A stretch of DNA of 62,959 bases, filler included, from an uncultured bacterium (GTDB lineage: Bacteria > Hinthialibacterota > Hinthialibacteria > Hinthialibacterales > Hinthialibacteraceae): the NCBI GenBank assembly GCA_964449065.1. It is 13 parts of 13 records of this genome, joined end to end, with 100 filler letters (N's around TTAATTAATTAA, not from the genome) between each part and the next. Parts side by side here need not be neighbours in the genome. Positions count along the whole stretch, not along the records: positions 53,703 to 58,300 come from CAYVAZ010000373.1; positions 58,401 to 62,959 come from CAYVAZ010000374.1; 11 more parts are not named here. One strand, 5' to 3'. The translations under genes were made by a program, and so were the position numbers. This document shows, piece by piece, positions 55,326 to 62,959 of this stretch. The notes under the pieces are model-generated. The model had not been told where the DNA came from and made no database searches. It saw only the letters and a program-made list of their open reading frames with translations. How positions within the stretch are numbered: position 1 is the first letter of the stretch; every line of letters begins with the position of its first letter.

Positions 55326-55613
55326 ATGCTCTCATACCTAAAATTCGTAAAACGCGTTATCATCTTTATCATCGGCTCGACCGTCGTCTTGATTGGCATC
55401 ATCACCCTCGTGACACCCGGACCTGCATTCATCATCATCCCCTCTGGCTTGGCAATTTTGGCTACCGAGTTCGTTTGGGCGCGGCGTTGGCTGCAACGTG
55501 TCCGGCAAGAAATCGCCGAGGGAGGCCCTACCTTCCGCAATTGGCGCGAACACCTCAAACACATCAAACAAAACGCCGCCCGACGAATACAATATTGGTC
55601 TGGCAGAAAGTAA
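55326..55613 (+). CDS. PGPGW-family small membrane protein
   Basis: TPGPAFIIIPSGLAILATEFVWARRWL. Confidence 0.85.
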   Translation: MLSYLKFVKRVIIFIIGSTVVLIGIITLVTPGPAFIIIPSGLAILATEFVWARRWLQRVRQEIAEGGPTFRNWREHLKHIKQNAARRIQYWSGRK

Positions 55614-55702
55614 CAGAAAAAAAATAACAGGCAGAAAATAAAGTATTGAACTTCCAAATTGTTTTGATACGATTACTTTACTTTTGAGTGAAGGAAATAT
55701 CC

Positions 55703-56266
55703 ATGAAACGGGCTTTCACGTTAATTGAACTCTTGATCGTTGTCGCTATTATCGGCATACTCGCGGCCATCGCGGTACCAAACTTTTTGGGCGCGCAAAT
55801 TCGGGCAAAAAACTCACGTGTGCAATCCGATTTTGCCAGCCTGCGCACTGCGCTTGAATCCTACAACATCGATAACAACGGCTATCCACGTTTCAGCGAA
55901 GGCGACGGCCCCGCGCGCCGATTGCCCAATACGCGGCGTTATATTGATCTCACCACACCGGTTGCCTATATGTCATCCGCCCCGATTGACCCGTACGCGG
56001 TCTTCAACAACGAAGCCGACTACACTCAATGGGGCAACGCCTATGATTACGTAACCGATGATACCGATAACCCCGGCAGAACCTATGGCCACCGCTGGCA
56101 AGCCAACAGTTGGGGACCCGATCAAACCAACACGTGGCTGGCCAACTACCCCGGCGATTTTTACCACACCAGTAACGGATTGGTCAGTCATGGCGATATC
56201 GGCATCTTCGGCGCCAAAAGCCACCGCTTCCCCGAACGCTACCGGGACATTTTGCCGCACTTTTAA
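55703..56266 (+). CDS. Prepilin-type N-terminal methylation domain protein (paralogue of 48230)
   Basis: AFTLIELLIVVAIIGILAAIAVPNFLGAQ; LTTPVAYM; SWGPD; SNGLVSHGDI. Confidence 0.9.
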   Translation: MKRAFTLIELLIVVAIIGILAAIAVPNFLGAQIRAKNSRVQSDFASLRTALESYNIDNNGYPRFSEGDGPARRLPNTRRYIDLTTPVAYMSSAPIDPYAVFNNEADYTQWGNAYDYVTDDTDNPGRTYGHRWQANSWGPDQTNTWLANYPGDFYHTSNGLVSHGDIGIFGAKSHRFPERYRDILPHF

Positions 56267-56304
56267 TTCACTTGAGTTAAATTGATTTAATTGTATGCCT
56301 GTGT

Positions 56305-56544
56305 TTATATCTTGGTGACTGATTCAAGAGAGGACCTTGAATAAGGTTGGTTTGGAGTAATGCCTTCTTGTTCACACCATTCTAAGTAAATATCCACGGA
56401 TTCCCTGAATTCTTTTTCCGCTTCTTCTTGAGTATTCCCCACAAATGTAATCACATCTTTGATATGGATCGCTTGGCCATAATAAGTTCCAGCAGTTTCG
56501 TCAAATCTGCATTCTGCTTGATAGTTTTTATATTCAAAAATCAT
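56305..56544 (-). CDS. hicB: HicB-family antitoxin (orphan, short form)
   Basis: YKNYQAECRFD, IKDVITFVG, EFRESVDIYLEWC, PNQPYS. Confidence 0.8.
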   Translation of the reverse strand: MIFEYKNYQAECRFDETAGTYYGQAIHIKDVITFVGNTQEEAEKEFRESVDIYLEWCEQEGITPNQPYSRSSLESVTKI

Positions 56545-56575
56545 GATTTTGCACCACCAGTCCGGTATACGATGG

Positions 56576-56652
56576 GGTAGGATGGGCAAAGCCTTATCTT
56601 GCCCATCGGCATTTTGCAAATGATGGACACAAAACAACCGTGCCCATCCTAC
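56576..56652. repeat. GTAG-type REP doublet
   Basis: GTAGGATGGGCA...GCCCATC and inverted GATGGACAC...GTGCCCATCCTAC. Confidence 0.7.
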
Positions 56653-56705
56653 TGGTTTAGCGGATATTATAAATTTCAACCGGTATTATTTCTCAATCCA
56701 ACGCT

Positions 56706-57392
56706 TTACTCCCGCGGATTCGTTTTTTTACCCCACACGCGGATGTCGTCAAACATACCGCTGTCATCAAACGATCCGATACCAATTCGCCCAAAGGTAA
56801 AGGTCTTATCCACCGCTTTCATAATCGGCTTGGCCATATCGTCAAAATAGATTTCAATCGTGCCCGGTTCGGTTTTCCGCACGACGCGGATGGTATGATA
56901 ATTTCCATCAATCCAAGTGGTTCCATCATTCCGCATTTTGGCAATGGAAACCCGCGGCGCCTCATTCACCAAAAAGATGGAGTTGGCGTGCGCGTCCGCC
57001 GCCGAGGCAATATGCGTATAGTAAAAATGCGCCGGGTCTTGGTGCTGATAGAAGAAGCACAAATCGCGGTGGCCATATTCACGCCCCGTCTGCTTTGCCT
57101 TCACTTCCAAAATAAAATCCGATACCCACAAATCTTTAATGAGCGCCATGTTGTGAGGGGAACGGTGCGGCGGCTGATAATCACTCTTTTGAAACTGATT
57201 CAACACATGGTTGCCGTCTTCATCCACAATCTTCCACGCATCCGGGTCGGTCATTTCCCAGTTGCCGGCGCCATCCTCAAAGTCTTCCGTAAACAACAGC
57301 GGCAAGCCCTGCATTTCCTGCGGAACGTCATCCTGCGCATACGCAGAAATCACCAATAAACTCAAACTCAGTACATAACCAAATATTCTCAT
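56706..57392 (-). CDS. Secreted concanavalin-like/DUF1080-like protein
   Basis: Signal peptide; EDFEDG; GRIGIGSFDD..FDDIRV. Confidence 0.7.
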   Translation of the reverse strand: MRIFGYVLSLSLLVISAYAQDDVPQEMQGLPLLFTEDFEDGAGNWEMTDPDAWKIVDEDGNHVLNQFQKSDYQPPHRSPHNMALIKDLWVSDFILEVKAKQTGREYGHRDLCFFYQHQDPAHFYYTHIASAADAHANSIFLVNEAPRVSIAKMRNDGTTWIDGNYHTIRVVRKTEPGTIEIYFDDMAKPIMKAVDKTFTFGRIGIGSFDDSGMFDDIRVWGKKTNPRE

Positions 57393-57410
57393 CAATTTTT
57401 CCTCCAAATG

Positions 57411-58300
57411 TTATTTCATTTCTTCGGCCAATTTTCGCAGTATATCTATGCCCCGGTCAATGGTTTCATCTCTGGCGGCGAACGAAATCCGAAAATGGGT
57501 CTTTCGTTCCGAAAACACGCTGCCCGGCACAATCAATAGGTTATTCTCAATCGCCCGTTTTACAAATGCGTCTCCGTCGCCGTTCGGTGCCTCGGGAAAA
57601 ATATAAAACGCGCCGCCGGGTTTGACTACGTTGTATAATTCTTTGATACCCTCATAAATCTTATCACGCTTTTGGCGGTAATCATCCCGGTATGGGGCAA
57701 AATCCAACTCCATCGCTTCCAGCCCCGCGTACTGCGCCATGCTGGGAGCGCACACAAACGAGTACATCTGAATATTCTGCATCGCCGCGATCACATCCGC
57801 CGGGCCAAACGCGTAGCCCAACCGCCAGCCGGTCATCGCCGCCGACTTGGAAAACCCATTCAGCACCAGCGTGTTCGGATACATCGAGGCAGGCGTGACA
57901 TGTTCTTTCTCATACAAAAACGCTTCATAGATTTCATCCGAAATCAGTATCAGCCTATGCTTATCCGCCACATCCACAATTGCCTGCAAATGCTCTTTCT
58001 CATAAATCACGCCTGTCGGGTTGCCGGGGCTGTTCACCAATACCGCTTTAGTTTTCGGGGTAATCGCCGCTTCCAATTTTTCGGGATGCAAATGAAAATC
58101 GGGATAGGTATCCACATACACCGGTTTCGCCCCCACAAAATTGGTGAGATGCTTGTACATCACAAAATACGGGTCGGGGACAATGATCTCATCGTCTTCA
58201 TTCAGCAGCGCCAAGAAACTCAGGATGATCCCGCCCGATACGCCGGACGTAATCATCACATCGCCGTCATCAATCCCCCGTTTGCGGTAATCCTCTTTGA
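57411..58300 (-). CDS. PLP-dependent aminotransferase class I/II, 5' truncated
   Basis: NSPGNPTG, SDEIY, GFSKSAAMTGWRLG, GAFY, FRISFA. Confidence 0.92.
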
Positions 58301-58401
58301 NNNNNNNNNNNNNNNNNNNNNNNNNNNNNNNNNNNNNNNNNNNNTTAATTAATTAANNNNNNNNNNNNNNNNNNNNNNNNNNNNNNNNNNNNNNNNNNNN
58401 C

Positions 58402-58545
58402 CGGGAAGAAATTCAAAACGGGAATATTCCACAAGGGGCTAAGGTGTTGTTTATTCATACCGGCGGGATATTCGGTTTGCCGAATTTTGGAGATCAGCTT
58501 ATGCAGGAATTTCAATCCCTCCACCATTGGAAAGTTAAATTCTAA
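58402..58545 (+). CDS. C-terminal fragment of a D-cysteine desulfhydrase/ACC deaminase family protein
   Basis: + frame from contig start reads KVLFIHTGGIFGL; absent from the ORF track. Confidence 0.7.
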   Translation, partial: REEIQNGNIPQGAKVLFIHTGGIFGLPNFGDQLMQEFQSLHHWKVKF

Positions 58546-60089
58546 CCACTGCTTTTCAACATTAATTTTCTACCTGCCGCAATCAAAGCCGCCGCAATCA
58601 GTATGGTAACTAATGGAATCGTCATGAGCAAGAAGCCTGTTGCTGCTGTCCGGCTTTCGCTGCCGTAATGCAGTTGGTTAAAATAATAGAGCGTCATGGT
58701 ATCGCCGCCCGGCGGGTGCAGCAATACCGTGACGGCAACATCGCTCCAAATTAACAATGCAATCAACGCAACCGCTTTTGTTGCAGGCTGCCATAGCGTT
58801 GGCAGATACAGATAACGGAGTTTTTTCCAAAGAGTCAAATCCAACAAGCGTTCATAATCCATTTGATTTTTTCCGTAATGCTGCCAGATCAACAGGCCGG
58901 ATAATAGTCCCAACAACGCAAAGCGGCATACATGCGCATACAGCAGTGTTGCCGTGCTAAACCAGTTGGGCAGCAAAAACGGCAGCCAAGAACGCAGTTC
59001 CAACACGCCCGCCGCGGTGATGATGCTGGGTATAATCAATAATACGGCGCTAATAAGGATAAGAATTGTTCTATACTTTGTAATGGTTTTTATAAGGATA
59101 GTTCCAAAAAGCACAATCAAAACGCCCCCCATTATGCTGTACAGAAGGCTATTGAGGATTCGGTGGGTTTGCATTCCCAACAACGAAAGAATTTCTACAA
59201 ATGAAGTTTGAAAGAAAAAAGCGCATACCGGAATAATAAGTGAGAGAAGCAAAACAGCCAAAGTAAGGCAAAATGAAACGAAAGGGATTCCTTTCAATCG
59301 GATGGGTTCACTCTGCAATGAAATCTGTTTCGCTAAGGCGAACAACAAAAATGCAAATGCACCGGCCAATAGAATAACCGGCAGGCATAAAATCAACGCC
59401 CTGTTCATCCGCAGCAGGGATGAAAACTGTGTGTACACTTCCAGCATATAGACATCGACTTGCAAAAGAGAAGCGGTCTCAAAATGAGTTAGCGCCAGCA
59501 CAAAAATCATGCTGCCGCCGCATAAAAACGGCATCTTCCAAGCGGGGATATACAGTTTGTACAAGCTTTGCCATTTGCTTAAATAGAGTTTGCCCGCATC
59601 GATTTGATGCCGCGTAAGCCCGGTCGTTAGGATCAGGAAGAAAAACATGACCGGCCAGTCATGCAGGGAGAGGATCAATCCGCAGCCGAATGTGCTATAG
59701 AGCCAATCCGTCAAAAAACCCCGCGCGCCCCATAGGATTCTTGTCGCCCCTCCTTGTTCAAGCCAAGCGAAAAAGATCATCCACGATGAGGCAACCGCAA
59801 ATGCCGGAAAGGTGAATGGAATGATGGCAAGGCATAACAAAACATACTTACAGAATCTATTGGAATGCAGAAAAACCCAATAGACGGTGAACGCAAAACA
59901 CGAAGATAACAGCACATCCCACAAAGCGATTAGAACGCTGTTCAAAATCCGTTTTAGAAACACCGAGTCATAAATGGCAAATAGATCTATCCCATCAAAC
60001 GGAAGGAATGCGGCACTATAAAGGAGCTGCAATAATGGAAGCAAAAGCAAGAAACATACAATACCTACAAGACGGGCTTCACGAAACAA
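58542..60089 (-). CDS. ABC transporter permease (Fe3+/thiamine type, duplicated domain)
   Basis: About 12 TM segments; degenerate EAA loops; LHPPGGDT; follows a binding-protein gene. Confidence 0.78.
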   Translation of the reverse strand: MFREARLVGIVCFLLLLPLLQLLYSAAFLPFDGIDLFAIYDSVFLKRILNSVLIALWDVLLSSCFAFTVYWVFLHSNRFCKYVLLCLAIIPFTFPAFAVASSWMIFFAWLEQGGATRILWGARGFLTDWLYSTFGCGLILSLHDWPVMFFFLILTTGLTRHQIDAGKLYLSKWQSLYKLYIPAWKMPFLCGGSMIFVLALTHFETASLLQVDVYMLEVYTQFSSLLRMNRALILCLPVILLAGAFAFLLFALAKQISLQSEPIRLKGIPFVSFCLTLAVLLLSLIIPVCAFFFQTSFVEILSLLGMQTHRILNSLLYSIMGGVLIVLFGTILIKTITKYRTILILISAVLLIIPSIITAAGVLELRSWLPFLLPNWFSTATLLYAHVCRFALLGLLSGLLIWQHYGKNQMDYERLLDLTLWKKLRYLYLPTLWQPATKAVALIALLIWSDVAVTVLLHPPGGDTMTLYYFNQLHYGSESRTAATGFLLMTIPLVTILIAAALIAAGRKLMLKSSG

Positions 60090-60098
60090 GACGATCCC

Positions 60099-61121
60099 TT
60101 ATTGAATATATTTCCGCATAATATCCAAGCATGGCTCCAAATTGGCGGCGGTTTCTTCGTAATTCACTTCCATCGCGTTGATCGATGATAGCGGCGGTAC
60201 GCCTTCCGGCATGGGAACGGAATCGCGCACCGGGATTTGCTTGGCGCGCGAGAAGGCGAGTTTTTCTTCCACTTCCGGAGAAAGCAAATAATCAATCAGC
60301 GTTTTCGCGTGTTCGGGATGGGGGGCGTCTTTAATCATGGCAACCGTGTTGGGAATCACAAAGGTTCCGTCTTTCTCTTGCTCCAACAGCACCATGCGCA
60401 CCGGTTTGTCTTCATCCAACGCCGCGTAAGCGTCATCGGTGTCGGTCAATCCATACGCCAAAATGCCCTGCGCGACTTGATCACGCACCACCGAGTTGCC
60501 CGGCAGTATTTTGATGCCGTTCTGCATATAAGTCTGCATCCGCAACTGAAAAACGGCTTTCGTCCATTTGGTGTAGAGCGCCGCCATGTGCCCCGCCGTG
60601 GTGCCGAACTGCGGGTTGGCCATCGCAATCTTGCCTTTGTATTTTGGATTGGCTAACGCCGGAACCGTGGCGGGCGTTTCGCTTTCCGGTACCAAATCGT
60701 TGCTGATAATCATCACCCGTGCGCGGACGGAAAAGCCCGTCCAATAGTGTTCGGGATCTTTAAATTGCGGACCGATACCGGCGGCGGAGGGGGATTCATA
60801 AGGCTGCAAGACATCTTGCTGTTTGAGCTGAATGGTGCGGATGATCTCATTGTTCCAAAAGACATCCGCCTGCGGATTGCGGCGTTCATGCAGAATCCGT
60901 TCATACAGGCCGGTGGTTTTGGTCATCTCTGAATCATAGACCGCCTGCACTTGCAGTTCGGGGTGACGCGTTTGAAATTCTTGAATGACCGGCTCGGCAT
61001 AATCTTGATCGACAGAGGTATAAACCGTCACCACATTGCTGCTGCCGCAGCCGCCTAAGAACAGAATGGCCGTGCTGAAAAAACCAATAATCAATCCGAT
61101 CAATTGGCGCTTTGCTTGCAT
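60099..61121 (-). CDS. ABC transporter substrate-binding lipoprotein (AfuA/FbpA family)
   Basis: Lipobox LGGC; VYTSVD; PQADVFWNNE; ANPQFGTT; GLTDTDD. Confidence 0.88.
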   Translation of the reverse strand: MQAKRQLIGLIIGFFSTAILFLGGCGSSNVVTVYTSVDQDYAEPVIQEFQTRHPELQVQAVYDSEMTKTTGLYERILHERRNPQADVFWNNEIIRTIQLKQQDVLQPYESPSAAGIGPQFKDPEHYWTGFSVRARVMIISNDLVPESETPATVPALANPKYKGKIAMANPQFGTTAGHMAALYTKWTKAVFQLRMQTYMQNGIKILPGNSVVRDQVAQGILAYGLTDTDDAYAALDEDKPVRMVLLEQEKDGTFVIPNTVAMIKDAPHPEHAKTLIDYLLSPEVEEKLAFSRAKQIPVRDSVPMPEGVPPLSSINAMEVNYEETAANLEPCLDIMRKYIQ

Positions 61122-61236
61122 GATGTTCTCCAAAATCAAAGATGCGTTTTTCATTATTGCTGTAAGAAAAAACCGGATTCAAGAACAGTATGAATCCGGT
61201 TTTGATTGTAATTGGGCTGATCAATTCATAAAGGTG

Positions 61237-62787
61237 TTATTCGGTGCCGTGTAATGAATCAAAGTACAACCGTACTTTGTTGCGGTATGGAATCGGCACA
61301 CGTTCTTTGACCATGGCGTCTTCGCGTTCTTGCTCCATCGCAATGGATGTTCCCTGCGGCATCAGGGTGCTGCCTTCGGCTTGCGGTTCGCCTTTCACAT
61401 TCAACAAGCCGGAAATCGGGGCATTGTGAAATTCGGAATTCAACTTCGCTTGATTAAAGGCGGTTTCGGTTTCTTCAAAGGGGGCTTTGCCGCCTTGGCC
61501 TATACCGGGGCCGCCCATGCCGTTATTTTGTTTGTTGGAATCACCAGCGCGCCATGGGCCCGTTCCACTTCCTTGGCACATACCGCCTTTGCAGTTGCCG
61601 CTGCCGCACGCTTTGCATTTGCCCAGCAGACCGAGCTTGCATTCTCCCAGTTCTTTGAGGGATTCTTCCAACATGGCCATTTGCTTCATCATATCGGCCA
61701 GGTCTTTCATGCTCATTTCGGCCATTTGCAGCGATTCCATCGCGGCGGCCAAGTCATCCCCGTTCAGTTCCAGCGAGGCTTGCTCTAACGCGCTGCCCAT
61801 CGGCATATCGGCATCCAATGATTGCGCGAGGGATTTCATTTCTTGCGCCAGACGCTCTTTGGCTTCTTCGCTTAGGCCATCCATTTTGAGTTTCTTTTGC
61901 AGTTCTTCCAGCTTTTTGGCCGCCTTGGCGAAGTTGCCGGCTTGGATGCTTTGCGCCAGTTCGGATGTCATCTTCATTTGGCTCAACGGCATGGCGCGGG
62001 TTTGCTGCTGCTGCATGGCCATCATTTGCTCGCGTTGTTCTTCCCATTTCTTTTCCACTTTGGAAATTTCCGATAGCGCGTCGCGTTTTTCCATTTTGCC
62101 TTTGGAGAGTTTATCCGCCAGTTCTTGGATATCCTTTTTCATCTTGGCAGCGGTTTCCACTTGCTGGCTTTTTTCGCGGCGTTCCAGTTTCAGTTGGCGC
62201 TTAATTAAAGCCTGCACTTCTTTTTCGACCGCTTTTTTATCCAACTCATCGGCTTGTGCGATGGTCATTCCGCCGGTGTACAGCTGCAATTGAGGAATGA
62301 CATACCCAACCAATAGCAACGCCAATGCGGGTGCCCACAACCAGCGGGCTTCAAACGGCGCCTGCCAGGGAAAAGCGGCGGAAAGTTTCATGCGTTTGAC
62401 TTCGTTTAAAGCATCGCTGAGTTGCGCTTTTGTCCATTCTGCGTGGATACCGTCTTCATGCTGCTTCGCGAGTTCCAGCGCGGTTGAGATTTTTTCTTTC
62501 AAGCGCAGGTGGTCATCCACCAAAATAGCCGCTTCTTTGAGGCTTTTGTTGCCCCGCCAGAACAAATATCCCGTTACAGGAAGAGATAAAAGCAACCCCG
62601 CGGCAAACACCGGCCCAACCGGGACGGACCAGGGCGTGAATTTCATAGCGATCAGAAATACGGTTATGGCAATTAAAGAGTAAAACACGCTTTTGCTGAG
62701 CTGCTGGCAGAACAAGATGAAGTTCAAGCGCCGGTGGGCGCCGCGGACTTGGTTGTACAATAGTTTATACGCTTGCTGCTCCGGCAT
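61237..62787 (-). CDS. Membrane protein with long coiled coil and Gly/Cys-rich tail
   Basis: AGGAG RBS; N-terminal TMs; LKEKISTALE; C-terminal VPIPYRNKVRLYF. Confidence 0.8.
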   Translation of the reverse strand: MPEQQAYKLLYNQVRGAHRRLNFILFCQQLSKSVFYSLIAITVFLIAMKFTPWSVPVGPVFAAGLLLSLPVTGYLFWRGNKSLKEAAILVDDHLRLKEKISTALELAKQHEDGIHAEWTKAQLSDALNEVKRMKLSAAFPWQAPFEARWLWAPALALLLVGYVIPQLQLYTGGMTIAQADELDKKAVEKEVQALIKRQLKLERREKSQQVETAAKMKKDIQELADKLSKGKMEKRDALSEISKVEKKWEEQREQMMAMQQQQTRAMPLSQMKMTSELAQSIQAGNFAKAAKKLEELQKKLKMDGLSEEAKERLAQEMKSLAQSLDADMPMGSALEQASLELNGDDLAAAMESLQMAEMSMKDLADMMKQMAMLEESLKELGECKLGLLGKCKACGSGNCKGGMCQGSGTGPWRAGDSNKQNNGMGGPGIGQGGKAPFEETETAFNQAKLNSEFHNAPISGLLNVKGEPQAEGSTLMPQGTSIAMEQEREDAMVKERVPIPYRNKVRLYFDSLHGTE

Positions 62788-62959
62788 GGTTCAACTCCTA
62801 ATAAAAGTAGTTGCTTATCAGTCAATTATACGGTCAAAATTGTTTCATTGCTTCGATCGTTATTGAAAGTGTATCAGTTTATGGAAATAGTGTAAAATAC
62901 GGGTTCTCCACCAAAATCGGCTTCGATTTTGTAGATGAAGTCTTGATGACCCAATACAT

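Noticed and set aside
56545..56679. N-terminal extension of HicB
   Set aside because: Translation of the REP doublet; the likely start is 56544
1..62959. CRISPR array, cas genes, rRNA
   Set aside because: No regularly spaced repeat-spacer series, and no cas or rRNA signature seen

Overview
This window is not contiguous DNA. It joins 13 unrelated contigs of about 4.6-4.9 kb, sorted by decreasing length and separated by 100-nt N spacers containing TTAATTAATTAA, as in the tail of a MAG or SAG. Most contigs look like one moderate-GC bacterium. Its planctomycete-type DUF1549/1553/1501 genes, Tat-exported sulfatase and oxidoreductases, orphan prepilin-like genes and Pro/Thr-linker secreted proteins suggest the Hinthialibacteria/OLB16 or a similar lineage (inference). 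Contig 6 (GC-rich, IS66) looks foreign. Contig 11 is a mosaic of IS3, toxin/immunity and Bacteroidota-like hisI/hisG DNA. Main observations: (1) a HybA-NrfD-13-heme cytochrome c operon with no catalytic subunit, divergent from rnfC; (2) a disrupted NERD-kinase-kinase-P-loop defence-like gene beside a deleted IS1380 and a tRNA-Gly-derived att site with arm-type repeats; (3) an AT-rich two-gene HEPN module; (4) a coding palindrome in an ORF6N gene with a second copy just downstream that shows a compensatory change; (5) a MITE-like element and several REP-like families at contig ends; (6) recurrent single-base frameshifts in or next to homopolymer runs, probably sequencing errors. No CRISPR array, rRNA or intact tRNA was seen.
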